Positions 37,427 to 48,301 of a stretch of DNA of 64,000 nucleotides are shown piece after piece. Location: contig CAWJTV010000012.1 of the NCBI GenBank assembly GCA_963845755.1, positions 138,062-202,061 of the forward strand, written 5' to 3'. Source of the stretch: an uncultured Planctomycetota bacterium. GTDB lineage: Bacteria; Planctomycetota; Planctomycetia; Isosphaerales; Isosphaeraceae. The translations under genes and the position numbers were made by a program. Under the pieces are notes generated by a model that was given only the letters and a program-made list of their open reading frames with translations, was not told where the DNA came from and ran no database searches. Position 1 is the first letter of the stretch, and each line of letters opens with the position of its first letter.

Positions 37427-38655
37427 TCAACGGCATGGATTCGAACCTCCCGAACGTTGGCCGACTTCTTGGAAGAAGGTTTCGTACTGCTCGGCCAGAT
37501 GGCCGGCATCCCATCGCCGCGCCTCGGCTTTGGCCAGGGCGCGGTGCTTGGCCTCGAAAGACGGATCGTCCCACAGCCGTTCGATCGTCGCGACCCAGGG
37601 GGCCACTTCGCGCGGTGTCGGGATCGCGAGGTTCGTCGGCGTGTACCGTTCGGGGATCGTGAACGCGAATCCGGCCTCGCCCAGGGTTTCGGGCAAGGCC
37701 CCGCGGTCGCTGGCCAGCACGGGGATGCCGTTGGCCATCGCCTCCACGGCCACCCGGCCCAGCGACTCGCGCCAGAGTGACGGCATCAGCACCACCCGGC
37801 TGAGCCTGTAGAAATCGCGCGGATCGGGCGTGTTGGCCATCCGGTTCAGGTTGGTCAGTCCCGAGAGGTCCACCGGCAGCCGATCCAGCGAATCCGACGT
37901 CCCCCGCCCCTCGACGACCAGCAGTGGGATGTCCGGCCGCCGACGGCCCAGCTCCATCGCGATCCGGGCGAAGACCGTGAGGCCCTTCTCCGGCTGCGGG
38001 TTGATGAACGTCACATAGCGCGGGTCGGGATCCGCGGCGATGACGCGGTCGAGCGGAATCGGGTCGGAGATCACCGGCCCGTCCAGGCCGATCCGAGCCC
38101 GGTGGAATCGCCGGGAATACTCCGAGGGGAACAGGACGGTGGAGACGTCGGCAAACCCGCGGCGGTCGTTGTAGCCGAAGTTGTGCAGGTGGAAGACGAC
38201 CGGCGTCCCGCTCGCCCGGGCGCGTTTCATCAGCTCCAGGCTGACGGGATGGCCGCCGTAGGTCAGCAGCGCCTGGGGCCGGAACCGCTCGAGCACCTGC
38301 TGGACCAGGCTGAGGAAGACCTCGCCCTCGCGCGGGTGGTGGTGCGCTCGGCCCGGCTGGAGGTCGTGGGCATGATGGTGACGCGGACGCCGCCGACCTC
38401 CAGGTCGACCACCTCCGTGACCTCACCACGGCTGGGCGTCGCAGTCATCCGCCGGGCCGAGCCGTCGAGCTCGAGGATGCCCAGGAGCTGCTCGACCGAG
38501 GTTTCGCCCTGGTAGTCGAGGATCCCGCAGGTCAGCGCGCGGCAATCCCAGCCGCGCGCGGCCAGCATCTCCAGCACCTCGCGGCTACAGATCGCCGCCC
38601 CGCTGGCCGGATCGAGATAGCAGTGGATCGAGGCGAACAGCAGCCGTTTGGTCAT
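37427..38655 (-). CDS. GT4 family glycosyltransferase, frameshift near 38335
   Basis: LLFASIHCYLDPASGAA, FHLHNFGY, VTFINPQPEKG, MPSLWRESLGRVAVEAMANGIPVLASDRGALPE. Confidence 0.88.
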
Positions 38656-38657
38656 GG

Positions 38658-39440
38658 TTATCGGATCCGGGTGCACGAACTGCGATCGGTCACGGCCCGA
38701 CCGGGTTGGAGGACGACCTGGGGCCTGTCGATCGACGCCAGGAGACTCCGGCCCAATCGATCGGCCGGATCGGGTCCTGGATGCCGTCGCGCCTCGCGGA
38801 AGTCGTGGACGGCCCGACGGCAGCCCGCCACATTGCCGTAGTCGTCCACGATCACGTAGCCGCCCACCGAGAGGCGGTCGTAGAGGCTCTCGAGGGCCTG
38901 GATCGTCAACTCGTACAGGTCGCCGTCGAGCCGGAGTACGGCCAGCCGCTCGATCGGTGCCGCCGGCAGCGTGTCCCGGAACCAGCCCGGGAGGAAGCGG
39001 ACCTGCTCATCGAGCAGGCCGTACCGTCGGAAGTTGTCGCGGACCCGCTCCAGCGGCACGGCGAGCTGGGCGAATTCGTGCAGGCCATCATCGGCGTCGC
39101 AGGGGTAGCGGGCCGCGTCCGGCGGCGGCAGGCCGGCGAACGAGTCGGCGACCCAGACGGTTCGATCGCCCACGCCGTGGACCTTGAGGATCGCGCGCAT
39201 GAGGATCGTCGTCCCGCCGCGCCAGGCGCCGGTCTCGATCAAGTCGCCCGGCACGCCGTCGGCCAGGACACTCTCGACGCACTCCCGCACGTTGGCGAGG
39301 CGCTTCAGGCCGATCATCGTGTGGGCCCGCGCCGGCCAGTCCAAGCCCTCGGCGCGGATCGGCTCTTCGAACTGGTCATAGAGCCAGTCGGTCAGGCATC
39401 GCATCATCAGGTCGAGGTAAAGGTCGGCCGCGGCGTTCAT
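38658..39440 (-). CDS. TylF/MycF/NovP family O-methyltransferase
   Basis: AHTMIGLKRL, PGDLIETGAWRGG, VADSFAGLP, GWFRDTLP, LRLDGDLYE, VIVDDY. Confidence 0.92.
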   Translation of the reverse strand: MNAAADLYLDLMMRCLTDWLYDQFEEPIRAEGLDWPARAHTMIGLKRLANVRECVESVLADGVPGDLIETGAWRGGTTILMRAILKVHGVGDRTVWVADSFAGLPPPDAARYPCDADDGLHEFAQLAVPLERVRDNFRRYGLLDEQVRFLPGWFRDTLPAAPIERLAVLRLDGDLYELTIQALESLYDRLSVGGYVIVDDYGNVAGCRRAVHDFREARRHPGPDPADRLGRSLLASIDRPQVVLQPGRAVTDRSSCTRIR

Positions 39441-39461
39441 ACGGGCTCCCATCCCCGGGGA

Positions 39462-40050
39462 TCACGGGCCGGATCCGGCCGTCGCGGCCTGAGCGAGGCT
39501 CGCCGCGCCGGCGGCCGGGGCGTCCTCGATGGGGCACGGCTCTCCGGGCCGCACGAGCACCGTCCAGCCCGACGTGCCCTCCCGGTACTCGTGGGCCTGC
39601 CAGCCGCCCGCGGCGATCACCTCGATGATGATCGGCCCGAGGAGGGATCGCGGATGGTGCGTATTGGCCACGGCGACGGCCCGGCACCTCCCCGCGTAGG
39701 CCCCCAACCATCGCCGTGCATCGTCCTCGCAATGCGCGTCGATGTCCACGTGCAGCAGGTCGATCCGCTCCCAGCGATCGACGACCGCCATCGGATCCGC
39801 CCGGACGAAGGTGAAGCGGGGGTCCCGGACGTCGTGACGATCCAGGGGATCGACGCCCCAGACGTGGCCATCGACCGCGTGCGCCCCCTCGAGCAGGGCG
39901 CGGGTACTGACGCCGAAACGGACCCCCAGCTCGACGACGACGGTGGCATGCAGCGCCTCGACCCAGGCGGCGACCCGCCGGGAGTCAGGTTCCGAAACCC
40001 CCGAAGCGCCAGCCGGAACAATGATCCGCCGTGAGCCGGGCACGATCCAG
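39462..40050 (-). CDS. Class I SAM-dependent methyltransferase
   Basis: VVELGVRFGVST, WGVDP, IDLLHVDID; start uncertain. Confidence 0.75.
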
Positions 40051-43000
40051 GAGACCGCGCGCGCCCCGACCTCGGCGTGGCGGCCGGCCGGGGGCGCCGC
40101 GCAGCAGGTCGAGTTTCGCCGTCGCCTCGCGGTCGCCGGGGCATTCCTCGAGCACCGCGCGCCAGAGCCGCTCGGCCTCCTCACGGTCACCGCGCTCGGC
40201 GGCCAGCGCGGCGAGGTTGCGCCGGGTCAGATGGCCGTAGATCCCCTGGTCGAGGCTGGCGAACTGCTCGGGGCGGCGGAGGGTCAGGACCTGCGCCAGC
40301 ACCGCTCGGCGCCCTCGGCGTCGCCCGTATGCCGCTGGACCACCGCTTCGCGGAAGAGCAATTCGGCATCGGCAGGATCCAGGGCCAGTCCCGCGGCGCA
40401 GGCGGCCAGGGCCTGGTCGGGCTCGGCGAGCATCTGGTGCGCCCGCGCGATCAGCGCATAGAGCTTCCGCGTGATCGAGTCACTCGGCGCCGAGCCGGCC
40501 AGGCTGCGGCGGAGCAATTCCAGCGCCTCGCGCCAGTCCTGGCGCTCGATGGCGATGGCGCCGAGGTTGAACAGGACGAACGGGTCATCGGGCCGTTCGT
40601 CCAGCTCGTCGCGGAGGATGCGTTCATCGCGTTGGAGCTTCCGCGCCCGGAGTGCCCGGTCGGTGTACCCCGTATGCCGCACGACGAGATCGGTCCAGCG
40701 CACGGGGATCTTCGCCCGCCGCAGCGCCGGCAAAATCTGCTCGTGAACGCGATAGGTCCAGCGGATCCCCTCGTGGAGCGGGAACAGCCGGATGTGATCG
40801 ACGACGGTCTCGCCGCCGCTGCCATCTTCGCCGGGATCACACGCACAACGCACGACGTAACCGCAATCCTGATCCGACCGCAGCGAGTCGAGCAGCACCT
40901 GCAACGTCTCGCGCTCGGGCGGCTCGACCACGTCGTCGGCATCGAGCCAGAAGGCGTAATCGCCGGTCGCCCGCGCCAGGGCGGCATTGCGAGCGGCGGC
41001 GAAGTCATCAACCCAGACGAAATCGAACACCCGCGCACCAAAGGATCGAGCCACCTCGACCGTACGATCGGTGCTGCCGGTATCGACAACTACGATCTCA
41101 TCGAAGATCCCCCGCACCGACTCGAGGCATTTCGGAAGGTTCTTTTCCTCGTCTCGGACGATCATGGTCAAGCTGACTCGGGCCCGCTGTCGGTGGTCGG
41201 TTGTTCGTTCAGATACCGACTGCCCAGGAAGCGGGGCGTCTGGGGCCGAAGACCGAAAGTTGAGGGCCGAGGTTGATCCGGAATCCGGAATCGAGAATCG
41301 AGAATCCGGAATCGGGAATCCGGAATCCGGAATCGGGAATCGGGAATCCGGAATCGGGAATCCGGAATCCGGAATCCGGAATCCGGAATCCGGAATCCGG
41401 AATCCGGAATCGGGTTCGTCCAGGCCCTCAGCTCAACTCGCCGTCCCCGAGGCGCGTCCTGCCCCCACTTCCCGGCGAACCGTCGCTCATTTTCCTCCAG
41501 CAGCGCCGACGCGTCGACCCCGTTGCCGACGAACGTCCGGCTGCCGAAGTGGTGGACGAACAGATCCTTCGCCACGGCCAGCTCGAACCCGCCACGACGC
41601 GCACGCACGGCCAGGTCGTCATCATCGAACAACCCCAACCCGAACCGCTCGTCCAGCCCGCCGACGGCGTCGTAGACCGCCCGCGTCAAGAGCAGGCAGA
41701 AGCCCGACAGCTTCCCCACCGTGAACCACTGCCCGCGATGCCGATCGCGCCACCGCCGGGCGAAGGCGTGCATCTCGTCCAGGTCGCGATACGGCACACT
41801 CTCGACCCCTTGCGGCGGCGCGGCGTAATTCGACATCGGCCCGGCCAGGCCGATCCGGTTCGGAACGGGTCTCTCGACCGCACCCGGGGAAGGAAAACGG
41901 GGACTGGCTCCCGGCCCAAGATAATCGGGGCTTTCGCGCGAACGATCGGCTGAGGCCGGGTGCCTGTCCCCGTTTTCCGCGAGAGTGCCGCCCCGCATCG
42001 CGCTCGGCGCGGGTCTCCCGCTCGGCACAGGTCTCCCGACCCCATCGCTGCCCGAACCGGCGGTCTCCCGATCCTCCGTTCCCACTCGCACCGCCGTCAA
42101 CGCGATGAGCTGATCGAGCCACGCATCGGTGACGACCGCGTCATTGTTGAGCAAGACGAGGTACTCACCACGTGCGGCCTGCAAGCCCTGGTTGATGGCC
42201 CGCGGAAACCCGACGTTCCGGGCATTCGCGATGATCGTGACCGGCACGCCCGCCGCGTCCTGGACTCCGGCCAGGTAATCGCCGGTCCCATCGGTCGAGC
42301 CATTGTCGATGACGATCAACTCCCACGGCCGGCGCGTATGGCGCAACAAACCCTGGACGCACAGCCGGGTGAACTCGCGCTGGTTCCAGCAGGGGACGAT
42401 GATCGAGGCCAGGCCCCGGACCGCGGACACCTTGGGGTCCGGTGAGGGATCACGAGGATCCGCTTCCTGCCCACGTTCGAGCGTCCTCACCTTCCCAGGC
42501 GCGCACGATCCCTCGCGGAGGGCCGGCCCCACGGGCCGCGCCAGCGATCCGCTCCCCGCCTCGGCATTCCCCAGCACGAACACCTGCCCCTCGCGGTCGA
42601 ACAGCGCGCACGGGGTCGCCACCGGCAACCGACTGGCCCACTTGCGGGCGAACACCCGCGCACTGCGAACGAACGACTCGGTCAAGCCGACGTTCCGCGA
42701 GTTGTGCCGGCACGGGGCCTCCAGCGCAACGACCGCCCATCCGCGCCTCGACGGCCTGGAGGCAGAGATCGGCCCCGTAGAGATGGAACCCCAGCTCGGT
42801 GTCGAACCGGAGCGGCGAATCCCGCCGGATGATGAGCAACAGCTCGTCCAGCGTGACGACCGGCGCGGGCAGATCCGGCCCGTGGAGCAGCACGCGATCC
42901 CGATCCACGACGCGGCCGATCCTCCGCACCGCGGGCGGACCCTGGGATGATCCGGGAGCGATCACCGGGCCGACGCCGTAGACCCCGGCCACCCCGATCG

Positions 43001-43350
43001 GTCCGAATCGTCGCTCGGCCCGCCGATATTGCTCGAGGATTTGCCGGTCCCAGTCCGGCGGCAGGACCACATCCTGGTGCACGCAGACGACCCACTCGTG
43101 CTTCGCCCGCTCCCGGCCGGCGTTCAGCGCCTCCGCGGCGTTGGGCGGGTTGCGGAGGACGATGACCTGGTGCGGCGCCGGGTCCCAGGCACGGTGAGGC
43201 CATCAGGTTCGCCGCGAGCACGGCCTCGTCGTCGACGCAGACCGCGAACGAGAGCGGGACGGCCTGATGAAGCGGCCCGGTCGAAGGACGGGGATCGCCG
43301 CTCTGAGCAGCCCGTGGATCGTCGCGCTGGGGCTTGTCCGCATCCGGCAT
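39985..43350 (-). CDS. Large multi-domain GT2/TPR glycosyltransferase, several frameshifts and repeat insertions
   Basis: Successive ORFs give LSFAVCV...VHQDV; ASIIVPCWNQ...IDNGSTDGT...LLNND...LSGFCLL; VSLTMIVRDEE...WLDADD...RVHEQI; TPRs. Confidence 0.85.
41281..41413. repeat. Heptamer tandem repeat, 19 units of GAATCCG/GAATCGG/GAATCGA
   Basis: Counted directly; lies inside the glycosyltransferase coding region. Confidence 0.95.
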
Positions 43351-43366
43351 CTCGCCTCCCAAGAGC

Positions 43367-43478
43367 TGTTTCAAAACGGGGACTGGCTCCGAGTCTTCGA
43401 GGTGCCTGTCCCCCTTTTGAAACGGCACCTCCAAAACGGGGCCTGGCTTCGAGTCTTCGCCGTGCCTGTCCCCTCTTT
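43367..43478. repeat. Two REP-like palindromic units
   Basis: AAAACGGGG(A/C)CTGGCT...GTGCCTGTCCCC..TTT twice; a related unit at about 41893-41979. Confidence 0.75.
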
Positions 43479-43630
43479 ATGAGGGGCTGTTCCTGATGCA
43501 ACCCAGTAACCCAGTTCGCCACTCTTCTCCAGGGAACTCCCCGTGTCCGATCGTTGTCGGGCCCCGGGGGAGCGTGTATCATCGAGAGATCCAGGGAAAC
43601 CATCCGACGCGGATCGGAAGGAGCAAGGCC

Positions 43631-44068
43631 ATGCCAGCCCGCGGAGACAACGGCGTGGGGCGCTTCCGCGTCGAGATCGAGGTCGTGAATAATGCGGACT
43701 TGATCCGCCTCCAGGATGGCCACCTGCCCGCCGACCAGGTTCGCCGCGAGAGGATCCAGGGTCTGGTGGATTCCGACGCGACGAAGCTGGTGTTGCCCGC
43801 GGCGCTGGTCAAGCGCCTGGGCCTGCCGCTGGGCGACCCGATCAACGTCCGCTACGCCGACGGCCGCCGAGCCCGCCGCAAGGGTATGGATCAGGTCTAC
43901 GTCCAGCTCCTGGGTCGTCACGGGACCTTCTCCGCGGTTTGCGAACCGAAACGCGAGACGGCCTTGATCGGGGCCATCGTCCTGAAAGACCTCGATCTGC
44001 TGGTGGACGGCTCGGCCCAACGGGTCATCCCCCGCGATCCCACCGGCATCACCTCCGAGATCGAGTGA
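43631..44068 (+). CDS. Clan AA (retropepsin-like) aspartic protease
   Basis: GLVDSDATKLVLP, VRYADG, ALIGAIVL.DLDL; the usual D(S/T)G motif reads DSD. Confidence 0.8.
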   Translation: MPARGDNGVGRFRVEIEVVNNADLIRLQDGHLPADQVRRERIQGLVDSDATKLVLPAALVKRLGLPLGDPINVRYADGRRARRKGMDQVYVQLLGRHGTFSAVCEPKRETALIGAIVLKDLDLLVDGSAQRVIPRDPTGITSEIE

Positions 44069-44133
44069 ACGGGAAACTCAGTCGAGAGCGCTTGGCTTTT
44101 GCATGGCGCACGCCCTGAGTCGCTGCGAATTCA

Positions 44134-44224
44134 CCCCCCGGAACCCCCCCTTCGCAAGGGGGGGACAGGAAACGGGCTTTTCCCGATCAATATCCCCCCC
44201 TTGCGAAGGGGGGGTTCCGGGGGG
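44134..44224. repeat. C/G-run palindromic REP-like doublet
   Basis: CCCCCCTTCGCAAGGGGGG and its inverse CCCCCCTTGCGAAGGGGGG with complementary outer arms. Confidence 0.75.
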
Positions 44225-44353
44225 TTCTTCGAGAGCAGGCCTCACGTTTGGGCAACCCAACTGCGAGGCGTTCTAACGCCCCGACTCCCCGGAATCGCGC
44301 TGGCCTCGCGCCGGGCCATCTGCGATAATCTTTCCAAGTCCGATCCAGGAAAC

Positions 44354-44671
44354 ATGATGAGTCCCGAACTCATGACCACGAGAACCGGCACACCGCGACG
44401 CGAGCCGATTGGAACGGCGATGCTCCAGCAACTTGCCGACCTGGAGCCACGGAGCAGGTCCCCCGCGACCGCTCGGAAGATCCTGGAGCTGAGCTTCTCC
44501 CCAAGGCAACAAAAGCGTGCCGGCTTCCTCTCGGAGAAGGCCCAGGAGGGCTCGCTCACAGTTCCCGAGCGAGACGAGCTCGATGAGTACATCACGGTGG
44601 CCGACCTCTTGACCATCCTCCAATCCCGAGCCCGCCGGGCCCTGAAGCCCGCCAAGCGTTCGAAAGTGTAA
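44354..44671 (+). CDS. Small antitoxin-like hypothetical protein
   Basis: ARKILELSF...LSEKAQEGSLT..ERDELDEY...LQSRARRAL; its paralogue at 50470 precedes an HNH gene. Confidence 0.65.
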   Translation: MMSPELMTTRTGTPRREPIGTAMLQQLADLEPRSRSPATARKILELSFSPRQQKRAGFLSEKAQEGSLTVPERDELDEYITVADLLTILQSRARRALKPAKRSKV

Positions 44672-44741
44672 AAGGGGGCAAGCCTATTCATTAGTTATGT
44701 CCCCTGTCCTTCTCCTCGATAGAATACTCCCGGAGGCGCCC

Positions 44742-44945
44742 ATGAATCACGACGACCAGGCTCAGAGAGACGCGGACATCGCCGAGGTGGTCCGGCTCGT
44801 CGCCGAGGGCCAGCACGTGACCGACGCGGAACTCCTACGTCGGATCCGGCAGCGGTCCGATGCCTTGCGGCGGGAGATGCTGAAGACGCAAGGCCTGACG
44901 GATATCGCCGTCGACCTGGTCCAGGAAAGCCGCGACGAAGGATGA
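44742..44945 (+). CDS. Putative antitoxin
   Basis: GGAGG RBS; ...TDIAVDLVQESRDEG with ATGA overlap onto the PIN gene. Confidence 0.7.
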   Translation: MNHDDQAQRDADIAEVVRLVAEGQHVTDAELLRRIRQRSDALRREMLKTQGLTDIAVDLVQESRDEG

Positions 44946-45360
44946 AATACGTCCTGGATGTCAATGTCGCCCTCAAGTGGGTGCTCAATGAGGTCGAACT
45001 CGCCGAAGGCACGGCGGTTGCGGGATGACGGGCGGGCCCGGATCCACGAGCTGATCGCACCCGATGTGCTCCCCTTCGAGGCCGCCCACGCCCTGACGCG
45101 GGCGGAGCGGCGGCGGCTGATTGCGGACGCCGCCCAGTTCTGGGGTGAGATCATGACCGATTGCCCTCGGCTCTTCCCTGCGCTGCCGCTGGCCCAGCGC
45201 GCTGGCCATCTCACGGCAAGCCCGAATCGGTTTCTACGACTGCCTCTATGTCGCCCTGGCGGAGCGGGAGGGGTGCGAGCTGATCACCGCCGACACCAGG
45301 ATGGTGACCACGCTCAAGCCGACATTCCCCTTCATCATCGACCTGGCTTCCTTCCCTTGA
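44942..45360 (+). CDS. vapC: PIN-domain toxin (VapC-like), frameshifted
   Basis: MKYVLDVNVALKW, LIAPDVLPFE, FYDCLYVALAE...LITAD across shifted frames. Confidence 0.8.
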
Positions 45361-45420
45361 CGGAACCGCCATCTCGGTCCAGCCGGTTTGTTCACGGGAG
45401 GGGCAAAAGGGGACATTGCT

Positions 45421-45650
45421 GAATGCCATTAAGTTAAGCGTAAAGACAGATTCTAATTGCACTTAGGGTCGATCTCCCCGGCTCCAATCAGAAATAGTTT
45501 AGATATGTTAATTTGATTCTCAGAGCGAAAACACCCTGGATCCAAGCCGCATGGAATGATCTAGATATCAACATACTTATAAAATCGCCGAAAACATGCT
45601 CGACGCAAGCCGTTTGGAGATCAGGAGTTAAACTTAACTTAATGCCATTC
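45421..45650. mobile_element. MITE (230 bp) with IS4-like ends
   Basis: IR GAATG(C/G)CATTAAGTTAAG; 11-bp direct repeat GGGACATTGCT at 45410-45420 and 45651-45661; AT-rich, no transposase. Confidence 0.88.
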
Positions 45651-45734
45651 GGGACATTGCTAATTCCCCCCGCAGGCTGGACAATTTGGGTAAACCCATG
45701 ATCTCTTCCCTCCCCCATGAGTCTCGGTGAGCCC

Positions 45735-46277
45735 ATGCCTCGAACCGCAAGAGCTTGCTCGGCCGGATACACCTACCATGTCCTCAATCGCGGCAACGCA
45801 CGTGCCGAGGTGTTCCACAAGTCCGACGACTACGACGCGTTCGTCGAGATGATGGCCGAAGCCTCCCTCCGCACCCCGATGCGCATCCTGGCCTACTGCC
45901 TCATGCCCAATCACTTCCATCTGGCGCTCTGGCCCCGCGCCGACGGCGACCTCAGCCGCGGGATGCATTGGCTGATGACCACCCCAGTGCGCCGCTACCT
46001 GCGACACTATCACTCCAGCGGCCATGTGTGGCAAGGCCGGTTCAAGGCGTTCCCGACCGAGGAAGATGAGCGAGACTGGGTCGAGGGCGTCAACATGGCG
46101 ATGACCGAGGCCGAAGTGGAGCAGGTGCGCGAATGCGTGCGCCGCGATCGGCCGTACGGCTCGGCGGCCTGGACGACAGCGACCGCCCGGAGCCTGGGGC
46201 TGGAGTATAGTCTCCGGCCCCGCGGTCGTCCGCCAGCCACGGACCCGGCCACGCCGAACGGGAAAGGTCCCTGTTGA
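45735..46277 (+). CDS. REP-associated tyrosine transposase (RAYT/Y1), probably internally deleted
   Basis: MPRTAR, YHVLNRGN, AYCLMPNHFHL (HUH), GHVWQGRFK; the YIExNP catalytic segment is absent. Confidence 0.85.
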   Translation: MPRTARACSAGYTYHVLNRGNARAEVFHKSDDYDAFVEMMAEASLRTPMRILAYCLMPNHFHLALWPRADGDLSRGMHWLMTTPVRRYLRHYHSSGHVWQGRFKAFPTEEDERDWVEGVNMAMTEAEVEQVRECVRRDRPYGSAAWTTATARSLGLEYSLRPRGRPPATDPATPNGKGPC

Positions 46278-46547
46278 AGCTCGCTGAAAAACGGGTGTGT
46301 GTCGCATGGTTTTGCCGACCTAAGGCGGATACGGATTTCCCAGACTCTGCAGTTCAACCAGATCTCGCAATCCTCGTCAAGATTTAGGGATGTCCCCTGG
46401 TATGTGGCGAAGTGAGGTACTAAAGATTCTTGACCAGCAACAACAGGGGGGCCTGGGGGGGTCAAGGATCTTTTCTACTGAACGCCCGAGCAGACTTCCA
46501 GAATGGGAGTTGGGTCTCTTCTCAACTCGATTCGGAGGTCCTGTTCC

Positions 46548-48122
46548 ATGGCTACCAAGTCCCCGTCGAAGAACCGTCGCCCGTCGCAGCCGCATGCCCT
46601 TCATAAGCCTCGGGGGGTCATTCACCCGCGCGTCCAAGCGGTCGGACCGGAGCACTTCGGCTTGGTGTGCGTCGATTGCGCCAAGGCACGCTCCCGGATG
46701 ATGTTCGCCGACTTCTACGGCCGAGTCCTGCTCGAGCCGACCACCGTCGAACACAACCGATCCGACTTCGAGACCGCCGTGACGTCGGTTCGCGCGGCCA
46801 TGGCCCGGCACGGCATCCGGGAGGTGATCGTGGTCGTCGAGCGCACCGGTCGCTATCACGGCCCGGTCCAGCGCAGCTTCCGCAAGGCGGGGTTCGAGGT
46901 CCGCATCGTTCATCCTTACACCACCAAGCAGTATCGACTCCCCGCCGACCCCGGCAACAAGACCGACGACACCGACCTCTCCGCCATCCACCGCGCCGCC
47001 GTCAACGGCTTCGGCCTGCTGGAGCCCGAACCCGACCCGGTCTATGCCCGACTCCAACTGCTGGCCAGGCACCGCCGCACCTCGGTGCAAAAGCGAGTCG
47101 TCCTCCAACAGCAGATGCTCGAGCATCTTCAATCGTTCATGCCAGGATACTCGAAGTGCGTCGGCGATCTCTTCGGTTCTCCGGCCATCCTCTGGGTGGC
47201 CAGGGACCTCGGCTCGGCCGCGGCGATCGCCCAGATCGGCCTGGCCGGCTTGAGCCAACAGGTTCGACAGGCCGGCCTCCGAGTGTATCGGTCCACCCTG
47301 GAAAAGATCGTCGCTTGGGCCCGGTCGGCACCGTCGGCCGAGGAACCGGCGTCGCTCCATCACCGCATCTTCCTGGAGCTCGACGCCGACCAGGTCGCCA
47401 AGGCTCAAGCCATCCAGGCGGTCGAGGGTGACCTGGCCGGGCTCTTGGCCGGGACGCCCTACCTGCTCCTGCTGGGCATCGTCGGGATCAACGTGGTCTC
47501 GGCCGCCGAGTTCGCCGGCGAGATGGGGCCGATCGAGCGCTACACCAAGGCCCGAGCGATTACGGGCCGCGCCGGGTTGTTCCCCTCGCGGTACCAGAGC
47601 GACCAGGTCGATCGTCGCGACGGTGCGCTGGTCCGACACGCCAATCGCGACCTGCGATCCGCCATCCTCACGATTGCAGATAACTTGATCAAATGCAATG
47701 ATCACTTCGCGGTCCTGGCCGCGGGATGGCGGCTCAGGGGCAAGGACGCCCGTAGCGTCCGTGTCCAGGTCGCCGGTCGGTTCTGCCGGATCGCCTACCA
47801 GATGGTAGCCGGTCGGATGACCTTCCAACACCCCTGCGCTCAGCAGCGGGATCCCATCCTCGATAAACTGATCAGGTTTTCTCTTGAGCATATCATTCCA
47901 CCTGATCAGCTCTCGCGAAACCTCGACGCCGCAGTGGCCCAACTCCCGCACACGGCGCATCGTGAGGAAGCGGCCGCTGTGGCGGAGGAGCTGGCTCGGG
48001 TCCCGAAATCGCGGGGAACGGGACCGCGCCAGCTAGACACGATTCTCCCCGCCATCTTGGCCAAACTGGAGGGGAACCTGGTAAGATCACCGGAGTCAGG
48101 GGAGGCTGATCCCACAGAGTGA
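46548..48122 (+). CDS. IS110 family DEDD recombinase (524 aa)
   Basis: CVDCAK, VERTGRY, NKTDDTD, GIVGIN, AGLFPSRYQS; GGAGG RBS. Confidence 0.92.
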   Translation: MATKSPSKNRRPSQPHALHKPRGVIHPRVQAVGPEHFGLVCVDCAKARSRMMFADFYGRVLLEPTTVEHNRSDFETAVTSVRAAMARHGIREVIVVVERTGRYHGPVQRSFRKAGFEVRIVHPYTTKQYRLPADPGNKTDDTDLSAIHRAAVNGFGLLEPEPDPVYARLQLLARHRRTSVQKRVVLQQQMLEHLQSFMPGYSKCVGDLFGSPAILWVARDLGSAAAIAQIGLAGLSQQVRQAGLRVYRSTLEKIVAWARSAPSAEEPASLHHRIFLELDADQVAKAQAIQAVEGDLAGLLAGTPYLLLLGIVGINVVSAAEFAGEMGPIERYTKARAITGRAGLFPSRYQSDQVDRRDGALVRHANRDLRSAILTIADNLIKCNDHFAVLAAGWRLRGKDARSVRVQVAGRFCRIAYQMVAGRMTFQHPCAQQRDPILDKLIRFSLEHIIPPDQLSRNLDAAVAQLPHTAHREEAAAVAEELARVPKSRGTGPRQLDTILPAILAKLEGNLVRSPESGEADPTE

Positions 48123-48125
48123 CCA

Positions 48126-48301
48126 TCCGGACCAGGGGCCGAACAACGTCGAATCTGTCCCCAAGGCGCAAAGCCGTGGAAAAGCGTGGCGCTCTGTCTC
48201 GGATCACCAACGTCGGATAAGGCTGTGTGGGGTCACTCCCCTGATAAACCAGTATGGCGAGACGTGATCCCTGACGAGACAGAGGTGGCCCCTGGTCGGG
48301 A
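48126..48301 (+). ncRNA. Putative bridge/seek RNA of IS110 (second copy about 50155-50330)
   Basis: 14/15-bp closing stem (48126-48140 with 48287-48301) encloses two loops whose segments match the target and donor junctions. Confidence 0.75.

Noticed and set aside
41281..41413. CRISPR array
   Set aside because: Pure 7-bp tandem without spacers; no cas genes in the window.
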